From a virus (lineage: Duplodnaviria > Caudoviricetes): a DNA stretch of 27,506 nt. The first letter of the stretch is position 1. Each line of letters begins with the position of its first letter. Under the pieces are notes generated by a model. The model had not been told where the DNA came from. It saw only the letters and a list, made by a program, of their open reading frames with translations, and searched no databases. The DNA is taken from IMG/VR virus record IMGVR_UViG_3300034106_003066, positions 1 through 27,506 of that record, one strand, 5' to 3'. Positions 9,587-17,822 of this stretch are shown piece by piece. The position numbers and the translations under genes are program-made.

Positions 9587-10012
9587 TCAGTTCAAAATTT
9601 TGACGAGGTGGGTGACGTCCTCGTCGGTCTTGGTGAACCCGTTCTTCTGGTGGAACTTGACCAGAGAATCCTGCCTGCATGTCGTCATCATGGCGTGGTA
9701 GCCGGTGGCCTTGGCCTCGCCGGTTAGAAACGAATCCAAGTGGCGCAGGGCTTTGACGGCGCGTCCCGCGTTGGCTTCGGGGTTGCTGACCATGTATTCC
9801 AGCCAGCAGACCGGCGACGAATTGTCCATGTAGAGCCATGCCGCCGCGGTGTCCTCGGTCTTCTCGCCCTCGGCCCAGTAGGCAATGACACCCAGCTTGG
9901 GCAAAAAGGTTTGCGGCACCGGATTCCACCCGTGGCCCGTCCACCACGCGCAGACCATGTCATAGTCCTTGGACGGATCGAACATGCGGAGTTGGACGGC
10001 GGCGTTGCTCAT
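9587..10012 (-). CDS. GNAT-fold protein (T7 gp13-like position)
   Basis: ATG at 10012 preferred over TTG at 10024; C-terminal LVKFHQKNGF resembles GNAT motif B; lies between the nozzle and core genes. Confidence 0.65.
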   Translation of the reverse strand: MSNAAVQLRMFDPSKDYDMVCAWWTGHGWNPVPQTFLPKLGVIAYWAEGEKTEDTAAAWLYMDNSSPVCWLEYMVSNPEANAGRAVKALRHLDSFLTGEAKATGYHAMMTTCRQDSLVKFHQKNGFTKTDEDVTHLVKILN

Positions 10013-10036
10013 GGGTTTAGTCAAATCACACTAATG

Positions 10037-12496
10037 TCAATCCCCGAAGGCGTCGAGCTTTGCGACAAGGGCGCGGACGGTCAGTGGGTAGGGCAGGGTT
10101 TGCCGGAGGTAGAGGTCAGCGTCCTCGGAGTAGTTGCCTGCCAAGACGACCTCGGTTTCGCCGGAGAAGGGCGGCGGGCTGGCGTCCATCGGGTCGTCGA
10201 AGTCGCGGGGATACATCCAGAGCCATTCGCTGCCGTCGGTGCTGGCCTGCCCGCCCAAGGACTTGAAAAGCGACACTTCCACGCGGTTGAGGCGCTTTTT
10301 GCGTCCGCGGGTCGGCCCGTCCTGCATGTCGTAGTCGAGCTTCATCGGCTGGAGCAGGCTGGTAAAGGGCAGTCCCACCAGCACCTTGCTGGCCGCTTTG
10401 TCCAAGGTGATCTCGCCGGAGACGACCGTCTTGCTCGGCTGGACGGCCCCGTCGGCCAAGATGCCCACCGTCTTGCCCTCCAAATAGGACAATCCGGTGA
10501 TGACTTGGGCCGGTGTCCCGTCGTAGCGGGCCGCGCAGTCCAGATACCACCAGTTCTCCTTGTCCTCGGCATCAAACTGGGCGCGGAAATCGGGCTTGAA
10601 GCGTTCGATGTAGCGTTTGGTCTGGCCGTTGATGGTGCGCCGCACGGCAAACCAGACCTCGTCGTCGTCGCTGCCCAGCCCGTAGACGGTGGCCGCGCTT
10701 TCAAAGGCTCCGTCGGTGATGTGGCGGTGCCATGCGACGACCTCTTGGTCGCGCTCGTAAGACATGCCGATCAGTTGCCCGTCGCCGCGCACGGCCCACA
10801 GGACGGCGTCGGGCTGCTGTTGGAAGGCCAGTTCGACCAGTTCGCCTTGGGTGACATGCTCGGCCAAGACGGTCAGATCCGGCGCGACCCAGCCATCCTG
10901 TTCAAATTTGTAGACCAGTTCGCGCACCTTGCGTCCGCGGCGCTGGACAAAGAGCAAGACGTCGTTGAGCAGGACGGCCCGCATATACTTTGATCCGTAG
11001 CTGGCCTGCCGACGGGCGCTGATGTTGGTTGAGGAAAAGGGTTCGCTGTCGGTGGCCCCGCCCACTGTCCACTCGTCGCCGGAAGTGCCGACGATCAACT
11101 GCTTCTGCGAGAAGAGCCAGTTGATGCGGTTGCCCTCGTTGCTGGCGATAGTGAAAGAAAGTCCGTCGTCTTCCTTGGTTCCCAACTGGAAATTTTCAAA
11201 GTCGTCCACCTTGCTGCACCAGACGGTGTTGGGCTGGTGGCTGGTGCCGCCAAAGCACAGGCGCTGTTCGTGGAAGGTGACGGTGCGTGGGTAACCGCGC
11301 AGGGCGCTAAACGCGGCCTCGCTCCACTGGGTGGTTGCGGTGATGACCGATCCCAGCCACTTGTTGACGGTGGCTCCGGCGCTGGTGCCGCTGGCCACGC
11401 TGTTGAGGGTGAAGGTGCCGCCAGAGTTGAAGTCGGTGGATTCCAAAAAGACGCGGGCGTTGGTGTTGCTGGCGTAGTTAAGGATTTGCAGCTTCAGTCC
11501 GACGCGCTCGGTTTCGGTGCCGGTCGCGGTGAAGTTGCGGGCCGTTCCCAAGGAGTTGAACTCCCGCACCACTTCGTAGGCGGTGAATCCGCTGCCGCCA
11601 TCCTCGTCCATTTCCTTCTGCGGGATGCGGAGAATGCGGACAGTGCCGATCCATGTGCCTACCGTGGTGATCGTCCAGTCGCCTTGGATGTCAAGGGTTC
11701 CGGTCGAGGTCTTGTTGGCGTCAATGGTTTCGGTGAGTGAGCCGCTGGAGCGCGGCCACTGGATGGCCCACTGGCTTCCGACATGACCGGCGGCGAAAGT
11801 CGAGGCGCTGGCCGTCAGCGTGGCCGCACCGGAGGCGGCGCTGGAGGCAATGGTCACCGCGCTGGTGTTCATGTCCAAGACCGGAGGAAAGTCGAAGGCG
11901 ACGGTCGTCAGCGTCCAGTCGTTGTCGGCCAAGCGGGACAACTTGCGCGGGGCGTGGCTCCCGTGGGCCAGATACATGATGTCGTTGAGTTGGGCGTATT
12001 GCAGTTCGCGCAGTTGCGCCTCGGTGTAGGGCGTGGGGATTTCCAGTGCGCCGTTGGCCGGTTGGGCATACCAAAGGCCCGCGGCCAAGTCGGTGGCAAA
12101 AGTGCCGCTGGTGTGGGCGGTCACGCAGTAGTAAGTGATGCCGCCGTTGGTCACGATGTCGCCCACGGCATAGGCCGTCGAGGTGACCCATGCGCTGCCC
12201 GCCGGATGCAAGACCAAGCTGTTGTTGCCCCAGACGCGCAAATAAAGGTCGCCAAACTCCAAGACAAAGCGGGTCGTCGTGGAAAAGTTGAAGGGGATCA
12301 AGCGGCAGCGTTTGTTGGAAAACTTGGCTTCGCCCAGATACTCGGTGCCGCTGCGGCGGTAGGCCCCTCCGTAGGGTAAAACGACCATGTTCTCCAGACG
12401 TCGGCACCCGCTGCGGTATTTGGCGACGTCGGTGCGGGCGTCCATGTAGGGCGACAGTTCGCCTCCGTTGAACGCGGTGACTAATAGGTTGGCCAT
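10037..12496 (-). CDS. Tail tubular protein B (nozzle, T7 gp12-like)
   Basis: 819 aa; FNGGELSP, GGAYRRSGT, YPRTVTFHEQRLCFGG, AWHRH motifs; follows tubular protein A. Confidence 0.9.
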   Translation of the reverse strand: MANLLVTAFNGGELSPYMDARTDVAKYRSGCRRLENMVVLPYGGAYRRSGTEYLGEAKFSNKRCRLIPFNFSTTTRFVLEFGDLYLRVWGNNSLVLHPAGSAWVTSTAYAVGDIVTNGGITYYCVTAHTSGTFATDLAAGLWYAQPANGALEIPTPYTEAQLRELQYAQLNDIMYLAHGSHAPRKLSRLADNDWTLTTVAFDFPPVLDMNTSAVTIASSAASGAATLTASASTFAAGHVGSQWAIQWPRSSGSLTETIDANKTSTGTLDIQGDWTITTVGTWIGTVRILRIPQKEMDEDGGSGFTAYEVVREFNSLGTARNFTATGTETERVGLKLQILNYASNTNARVFLESTDFNSGGTFTLNSVASGTSAGATVNKWLGSVITATTQWSEAAFSALRGYPRTVTFHEQRLCFGGTSHQPNTVWCSKVDDFENFQLGTKEDDGLSFTIASNEGNRINWLFSQKQLIVGTSGDEWTVGGATDSEPFSSTNISARRQASYGSKYMRAVLLNDVLLFVQRRGRKVRELVYKFEQDGWVAPDLTVLAEHVTQGELVELAFQQQPDAVLWAVRGDGQLIGMSYERDQEVVAWHRHITDGAFESAATVYGLGSDDDEVWFAVRRTINGQTKRYIERFKPDFRAQFDAEDKENWWYLDCAARYDGTPAQVITGLSYLEGKTVGILADGAVQPSKTVVSGEITLDKAASKVLVGLPFTSLLQPMKLDYDMQDGPTRGRKKRLNRVEVSLFKSLGGQASTDGSEWLWMYPRDFDDPMDASPPPFSGETEVVLAGNYSEDADLYLRQTLPYPLTVRALVAKLDAFGD

Positions 12497-12499
12497 GAC

Positions 12500-13105
12500 C
12501 TATTGACTGGACGGAAACTTGGTGTAGCGGGCGGCGACAAGGTCGCTGTTCGTCCACGGCATCTTGCGCCGGAGACGCTCCTCAAAGGCGTCGGCCATGC
12601 GGGCCTTGGGGCCGGTGATGGCTTCGTATTCTTGCAGCAGTTCTTGCGGCATGTTGCGGCTTCCGGTCAGCGGGCCTGCCAGACGAGAGGCCAGCATGGT
12701 GGCCAGCGCATGGACAAACAGAGGGTGGTAAAACGATCCGTCCTCCACGCGGGCGACATACCGGATGTTGGCCTCCTCCGCGTTGGTCAGAAGCTGGTCG
12801 CCTTCGACGCTAAACTCCCCCAGCCTTTCGTTGGGTTCGTAGCCATTGAGTTGAACGACGCGCAGGCAATCGACCGGCAACTGGTAGGCGGTCTCCCATT
12901 CGCTCTGCGGAGCGGTGGCCAACTTGTTAAGCGCGGCGCGGCGCATGGCGAAGTTCCAGCGATGCCCTTGCAGGACTTCGTCGCGGGTCTGGGCGAAGAA
13001 ACGGTTGCAAAACTGGGCCTGCTTTGAATCGTCGGTCAGCGCCATGATCGGGCTGATGCCCAGCTTGGCCAAAGCCAAGTTGCAGATGGATGTTTCGTCG
13101 GCCAT
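12500..13105 (-). CDS. Tail tubular protein A (adaptor, T7 gp11-like)
   Basis: 201 aa; ICNLALAKLG, HRWNFA, YQLPVDCLR motifs. Confidence 0.88.
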   Translation of the reverse strand: MADETSICNLALAKLGISPIMALTDDSKQAQFCNRFFAQTRDEVLQGHRWNFAMRRAALNKLATAPQSEWETAYQLPVDCLRVVQLNGYEPNERLGEFSVEGDQLLTNAEEANIRYVARVEDGSFYHPLFVHALATMLASRLAGPLTGSRNMPQELLQEYEAITGPKARMADAFEERLRRKMPWTNSDLVAARYTKFPSSQ

Positions 13106-13112
13106 GAAAGTG

Positions 13113-13145
13113 AAAAAGGGGGCAGACTATTTAAGCCGGTCTGCC
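13113..13145 (-). terminator. Probable intrinsic terminator after the capsid genes
   Basis: Minus strand GGCAGAC-N11-GTCTGCC followed by CCCTTTTT; same position as capsid-downstream terminators in podophages. Confidence 0.6.
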
Positions 13146-13163
13146 AGCGGCGTGTGAGTTGCC

Positions 13164-13622
13164 TTACGGCATGCGATACGCGATCCAGAACGTGACGTCC
13201 TGCCCACTGGTGATGCTGATCGTGCCAGCGTCAACAATGGTCGCGGTGACCCACGCTTCGGAAGCCAGCGCGTGCGGGTTCGCTCCGGCCACGCCGGAAA
13301 CGAAGTCCTTGGCACCCGCGGTGGCGAGGCTGACAGCGGTGCTGTAGCGGTCGTCATCGGCGGTGGTGTCGAGGTCGCCCACCTTGACGCTGATGTCTGT
13401 TCCCAGATCCTCGGTGTCGATACGACAGAGGGAAGGAACGACAACTGCACCCTTCGGAAGAAGGGCCAAGCGCAGGATGTCTGCGGCGGCGGTGGTCGCG
13501 GTGGTTGTGAACGAGCCTTTCGCGTAGACGACATTGCCGGTCAAGTCCTTGCCTTCGGCGCGGTTCTTGACGTTGGTGGTGTCGTTCTGGGCGGTGGCCA
13601 GTGCGGTGTAGAGTGTAGCCAT
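13164..13622 (-). CDS. Capsid cement/decoration-like protein
   Basis: 152 aa, beta-rich, directly after the MCP; TAAGGAG RBS; LPKGAVV motif. Confidence 0.65.
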   Translation of the reverse strand: MATLYTALATAQNDTTNVKNRAEGKDLTGNVVYAKGSFTTTATTAAADILRLALLPKGAVVVPSLCRIDTEDLGTDISVKVGDLDTTADDDRYSTAVSLATAGAKDFVSGVAGANPHALASEAWVTATIVDAGTISITSGQDVTFWIAYRMP

Positions 13623-13653
13623 GATTAGGTTCTCCTTATGTTAGTTGTTGTTG

Positions 13654-14562
13654 TTAGAGAACCTCGTCGGCCAAGATCGACACGACTTTCTTCTCTTCCA
13701 TGCGGGTTGCGCCAAGGCTCGCCACCGTGCGGATTTGCAGGGCGTGCGACTTGTCGGCGCGGATGTCCACATGAACCTTGCGACCGGCATCGGCCAGCTT
13801 GAGTCCGGAGCGGACGTAGGCGAAGCAAGTGCGGACTCCGGTGCCGGAGACGTAGGGAAGCAGCGAGGAAGACACGCGGCGGAACTTAAAGCCCATGAAC
13901 GTGTCGATCTCTCCGTTGACCAGAGCCTTGACCGTGTTGAAGTCAGCACTGGTGATTTCGGTGGTCTTCAACAAATCTTGGATTTGCTTGGCACCAACCA
14001 CGATGATGCGCGGATCGCTGTCGTCCACTTCCGCCTCGGTGAGGAGGTAGGCCGCTTGGCGAAGTTTCGCGACGGTGAGGCCGGAGTTAGCGGCGCTGCC
14101 GGTTTCGACGTAATCGACGGCGATCTCTTGGCCCGAAGGCAGCGAGGTCGGGGTCACGCCGGTTTCGCCCGTGTAGGCGGTGCCCAGCGCGGCATCGATG
14201 ACGACTTTGTCGGCAGTCCGCATGTAAGCCATAGCGTGATTGCTGACGGTTTCGGACTGGGGCAGGCTGACCTCTCCCAAGTACTCGGCGTCCCACTCGT
14301 CGAAGAGTGTGGCGTGCTCGTACGGGTAAGGACGGAGCCAGCGTTTGGCCAGCGCGACGTCGGTGATGGTGGTGTCGGAAGCGCGTGAGGTGATTTTGGT
14401 CATCTCGACGGCTGCGAGTTGGTTGAACGATTTTTCTTTGCCGCGAACGGACTCCACGCTCACGAACTCACGCAGCTTGGAAACCTTCTGTTGAAGCAGG
14501 TGTTCCCAGTTGCTGGTGAATTCCGTCGTGAAATACTGCGGAATTTGACTGATAGCAGACAT
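13654..14562 (-). CDS. Major capsid protein
   Basis: 302 aa; LLQQKVSKLR, ALVNGEIDTFMGFKF, GATRMEEKKV typical of BPP-1-like podophage capsids; AAGGAG RBS. Confidence 0.9.
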   Translation of the reverse strand: MSAISQIPQYFTTEFTSNWEHLLQQKVSKLREFVSVESVRGKEKSFNQLAAVEMTKITSRASDTTITDVALAKRWLRPYPYEHATLFDEWDAEYLGEVSLPQSETVSNHAMAYMRTADKVVIDAALGTAYTGETGVTPTSLPSGQEIAVDYVETGSAANSGLTVAKLRQAAYLLTEAEVDDSDPRIIVVGAKQIQDLLKTTEITSADFNTVKALVNGEIDTFMGFKFRRVSSSLLPYVSGTGVRTCFAYVRSGLKLADAGRKVHVDIRADKSHALQIRTVASLGATRMEEKKVVSILADEVL

Positions 14563-14770
14563 AGTTTTTCTCCTTTGGTTTTGACTAAACCGGCGTCGTG
14601 CCGATCTCGTCGGGTTGATTGGTTGTGGTGTCCTCGGCGCTACCGATTATCCGCGAGCGCGGGTCGTCGGCCTTGGGCATGCGCGTTGGACAGGCTCCAC
14701 AAGGAGTTGTCTGCCTAACTGTTCGCGAGAATTGCGCTGCGACGGAATTGGCGCAAGGGTTTAGTCAAAA
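14563..14770 (-). promoter_or_regulatory. Structured capsid-gene leader bounded by a 13-bp inverted repeat
   Basis: TTTTGACTAAACC (14579-14591) and GGTTTAGTCAAAA (14758-14770); internal hairpins GACAA-CTCC-TTGT-GGAG-CCTGTC and CCGA-CGAC-CCGCG-CT-CGCGG-ATAA-TCGG. Confidence 0.6.
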
Positions 14771-14977
14771 AAAGTTCGCGGCGCTTTCTTTAACAAGACC
14801 GGCGCTTATTTAAGCAACGTGTCGATGCCTTAAACATGTTGTCCGCAACGTGTACAAAAACCTGTCATTTTTAGACAGGTTGTCGCAGTTCCCGAACGGG
14901 TATAGCGGAAAAGTGGATACAGAGACGGAGGAAAATCTGCGCCCCGATGGGGTATGCTGTCGGGAATCTTGAGTAGG

Positions 14978-15077
14978 GGGCGGTGGCGGGACTCGACACC
15001 CGCTGTGTTACATATTGTGGTGTTATTTTGTAACGCTCCATTGTCTGGCCGCGTGTCCATCTCCACGCCGCACCGCC
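14978..15077 (-). ncRNA. tRNA-like RNA lacking a canonical anticodon arm
   Basis: 7-bp acceptor GGCGGTG/CACCGCC, 5-bp D-like arm GCGTG/CACGC, T-like arm GCGGG-TGTCGAGT-CCCGC. Confidence 0.6.
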
Positions 15078-15080
15078 AAA

Positions 15081-15233
15081 TTATCGTCCGTTCAACGCGA
15101 TGTAGACGAACGCGAAGTTGCTGAACATGTAGCCGACGAAGACCGCGCACATGGGGCGGTCGTCCTGCATGTAAAACCCCACCGCCGTCCAGCCGTAGCA
15201 GAGCGTGCAGATAAGCAGCGGGACAAAGGTCAC
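15081..15233 (-). CDS. Small 50-aa membrane protein (two hydrophobic segments)
   Basis: GTG overlaps the upstream TGA (GTGA); MTFVPLLICTLCYGWTAVGFYMQDDRPMCAVFVGYMFSNFAFVYIALNGR; below the ORF-track cutoff. Confidence 0.7.
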   Translation of the reverse strand: MTFVPLLICTLCYGWTAVGFYMQDDRPMCAVFVGYMFSNFAFVYIALNGR

Positions 15234-15520
15234 GAAATGACCCCGTCGTTGTGCCGCGCCAGCCAGCCACAGACTTCGCTAACCAGACGCCCGATCTCGT
15301 CCACGCACTCCTCATCCAAGTCGAAGAGGCGGGCGTGGATCAGTTCGTGGCAGGCCAGTTCGATGCCGCGGTGGCTAATCGCGTCGGGGTGGATGTAGAT
15401 TGTCCGGTCGTCTTTGACGCACAGACCGTCGTGGGTCACGCGGGCCGGTGGGCGCTGAATCTTGATCCGCCACGGTTTGCCGTCAATCGCAACACGCTTT
15501 GTGGGGGCGCGGCGGATCAT
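15230..15520 (-). CDS. Small HEXXH zinc metallopeptidase-like protein (96 aa)
   Basis: ATG at 15520 in ATGA overlap; GLC..DDRTIYI...CHELIHA...E motif. Confidence 0.75.
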   Translation of the reverse strand: MIRRAPTKRVAIDGKPWRIKIQRPPARVTHDGLCVKDDRTIYIHPDAISHRGIELACHELIHARLFDLDEECVDEIGRLVSEVCGWLARHNDGVIS

Positions 15521-15771
15521 TTGAGTCGGTAATGAGGGATGGGTCGGGTGACGCTGCCGGAAGTTATTCGGAACGTCTTGCGCTCGCACCGGCCCTCGGC
15601 CACGGCGCGGCAGAGCATGGCACCCACCGTGGGGGTGGCCTTGCCCAGCTTGGCCGCTATTTCCTTGGGGGTGAGCCAGCCCTCCGGCACCTCGTCCACT
15701 TGCTTGGGCGTGGCCAAGGCCGCGGCCCACGCGGCGGCGGCAATTTGCTCGGCGGTCAGCGGCCTTTTCAC
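15517..15771 (-). CDS. Winged-HTH DNA-binding protein (84 aa)
   Basis: GTG at 15771 overlaps the upstream TGA; VPEGWLTPKEIAAKLGKATPTVGAML helix-turn-helix followed by a beta wing. Confidence 0.7.
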   Translation of the reverse strand: MKRPLTAEQIAAAAWAAALATPKQVDEVPEGWLTPKEIAAKLGKATPTVGAMLCRAVAEGRCERKTFRITSGSVTRPIPHYRLK

Positions 15772-16583
15772 AGATCTGCAACCTCCGGTGCGGGCGGGTT
15801 GAAATGCAGATTGTGGACATTGGGCAAGCCGCCCTCCGGCTGGTTGCGCCAGTCCAGCACCATCATGCTGGGTCGCGGGATCGCATCCGGCACCACCTTG
15901 TGGGCGTGCCTTGTCAGAAACTGCCATCCGCCGGTAATGCCCAGCATGGACGCCCCGTCGCTAAACCATCCGCCGCAATGGCGATGGGCGCGAAGGAAGA
16001 CCTTGGCCGGTTCGTGACCGGCGCGAAGCGAGTTAAGGCGGGCGTTGCCCATCGCAATCGACATGGCAGTGGCCTCCAAGTAGGCGCGGCTGGTCACGCC
16101 AATGTGGTGCGTGGCATCAACCAGCGTGCCATGAATACGGAACAGCCACTTCTCGCGGGCCACACCGTCTTTGGCCCCGATCAAGCGGGCCAGATACGAT
16201 TCAATCTCATGGGTGTGGCACTCGGTGCCTTTGACCACCAGCGTCTGGGCGGCAGCTTGCGACATGAGTCGAAGCGCCTCCGCGGCCATTTTGCAGTGCA
16301 GTTCGATGAGGGTGGCGACGACCTCCGGCGACTTGTGGTGGATGCCCTCGGTGGCATCACCGTTGCACAGCAGCACAAAAGGATCGCTGCCCACAATCTC
16401 CGACACTTGGGCCTGTGCTTCCTGCCACTTTTCCCAGAGCCACGCTTGGTGGATGTTCTTGCCGAAGCCGATGGTGTTGCCGTTGATGCTTTCGCTATCC
16501 GGCGGCATCAACCCTACGCTCGACCCGCAATGCAGATCGCTGACGACGACCAGCAACTGCGGGCGTGATGGTTTTTTAGACAT
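15768..16583 (-). CDS. Calcineurin-like metallophosphoesterase
   Basis: SDLHCG, NGDATEG, GTECH, HH, AHRH metal-binding motifs. Confidence 0.85.
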   Translation of the reverse strand: MSKKPSRPQLLVVVSDLHCGSSVGLMPPDSESINGNTIGFGKNIHQAWLWEKWQEAQAQVSEIVGSDPFVLLCNGDATEGIHHKSPEVVATLIELHCKMAAEALRLMSQAAAQTLVVKGTECHTHEIESYLARLIGAKDGVAREKWLFRIHGTLVDATHHIGVTSRAYLEATAMSIAMGNARLNSLRAGHEPAKVFLRAHRHCGGWFSDGASMLGITGGWQFLTRHAHKVVPDAIPRPSMMVLDWRNQPEGGLPNVHNLHFNPPAPEVADL

Positions 16584-16605
16584 GGTGAGTCGATTAGTGA
16601 GCCGA

Positions 16606-17475
16606 TTAGGCGCTCGTCAGCATCCGGCGCACTTGGTCAACCACCTCCGCGTCACCCTCTTGGTAGCGGGCGTAGAGCGGGTTGGCTTGGTTGGTCATAA
16701 TGTCCCGTGCGCGGGCGCGGGTGCTGCTGGCTCCGGTCTGATCCCCTGCGACCAGCTTGTCGTCGGAGAGTTTCTCCGCGAGGTTGACGATGGCCTTGAC
16801 CACTTGCGGATCGACAAAGCCTTGGCTGGTCGGATCGACTCCGGCGGTCACCGCGGCGCGGCGGGCCAGTTCGATCTTCTCCGGCATCTTGTCGCCCCAG
16901 ACCTTCTGGAGTTCGGCGCGTCCGGTTTCCAGTTGGGTTTCGATCATTTGTGCCGCGGCTTGGTTCATCAGCGCGGCCCGCTCCATGTCGAACTTCATAA
17001 ACTCCTGCATCGCGGCGGCAGGAATGTGGTGCTTGTGGGCCAGTTCCGCGGCACGCTTGGCCACGTTGTCATCCCATGTGACCCCTTCCGGCAGTTGCTC
17101 CGGCTTGAGGTTGTAGGCTTCGGGCGATTCGGGAACTCCGACGGCCTTGCGGTAGGCGGCAACTTCTTCCGGCGTAGACTTCTCACTGGGAGGAACGATG
17201 GCGTTGGCCTTCTTGCCCAAGAGTTGCTCCAGCCCTTGGTAAGACTTGGAGAGGCTTTCGACGTCAGCCTTGTCGTTGCGCCAGAACTTCTCCGGCAACC
17301 ATTCGGGCTTTTCGGCTACTTCGGGCGCTGGCGCGTCGGTGGCGCTGGCAGGCGCACTTGAAAGGAGTGTCCCTTCCGTTGTGGTGTTGAGGTTAGCAGC
17401 GGGTGCGGTGGACGCGGAAACAGCGGTGCTGTCCGCGGTGGTGCTGGTTTCGGAGGTGGTGGTTGCATCGATCAT
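16606..17475 (-). CDS. Capsid assembly scaffolding protein
   Basis: KPEWLPEKFW, KSYQGLEQLLG, GVPESPEAY, ELQKVWG motifs; position after portal. Confidence 0.85.
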   Translation of the reverse strand: MIDATTTSETSTTADSTAVSASTAPAANLNTTTEGTLLSSAPASATDAPAPEVAEKPEWLPEKFWRNDKADVESLSKSYQGLEQLLGKKANAIVPPSEKSTPEEVAAYRKAVGVPESPEAYNLKPEQLPEGVTWDDNVAKRAAELAHKHHIPAAAMQEFMKFDMERAALMNQAAAQMIETQLETGRAELQKVWGDKMPEKIELARRAAVTAGVDPTSQGFVDPQVVKAIVNLAEKLSDDKLVAGDQTGASSTRARARDIMTNQANPLYARYQEGDAEVVDQVRRMLTSA

Positions 17476-17513
17476 GGTGGTGTTGGTTGGTTGGTGTTTT
17501 GACTAAACCGCGT

Positions 17514-17804
17514 TTAGCGGAGGACTTCGGTGTTTGGACGCTCGACGTCGGCATCGCCGACGACGGGCAGGGAAAGTTTGTGTTCGACGAAAAGGATCAC
17601 CTCGCGCTGGCCGTCACGCACCGCGGCGGCGATGGGATCAAACGGGCGTCCCAGCGTGCGCTCAAAGGCGGGCCGGTTCATGCGGAAGTAGGCGCGGAGG
17701 TTGTCGAGGACAACGCGCCCGTCTTCGTTGTCGAAGCAGCGGTGGTAGGCGTTGTTGATGCGCTGAAGCGACTTGCTGCGCTCCAGTTCTTTATCCGGTG
17801 TCAT
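17514..17804 (-). CDS. Conserved protein between portal and scaffold (Bbp19-like)
   Basis: YHRCFDNEDGRVVLDNL...DGQREVI pattern; synteny. Confidence 0.75.
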   Translation of the reverse strand: MTPDKELERSKSLQRINNAYHRCFDNEDGRVVLDNLRAYFRMNRPAFERTLGRPFDPIAAAVRDGQREVILFVEHKLSLPVVGDADVERPNTEVLR

Positions 17805-17822
17805 TCGGTAAGTTTGCGGGTA

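Noticed and set aside
14579-14770. MITE or invertible segment bounded by 13-bp inverted repeats
   Set aside because: No target-site duplication, no recombinase or transposase in the window, and the same motif occurs singly elsewhere
14978-15077. Canonical tRNA gene
   Set aside because: No 5-bp stem with 7-nt anticodon loop, an 8-nt T loop without TTC, and no CCA; retained only as tRNA-like
14830-15315. 161-aa minus-strand ORF
   Set aside because: Overlaps two better-supported genes and the tRNA-like element; implausible composition
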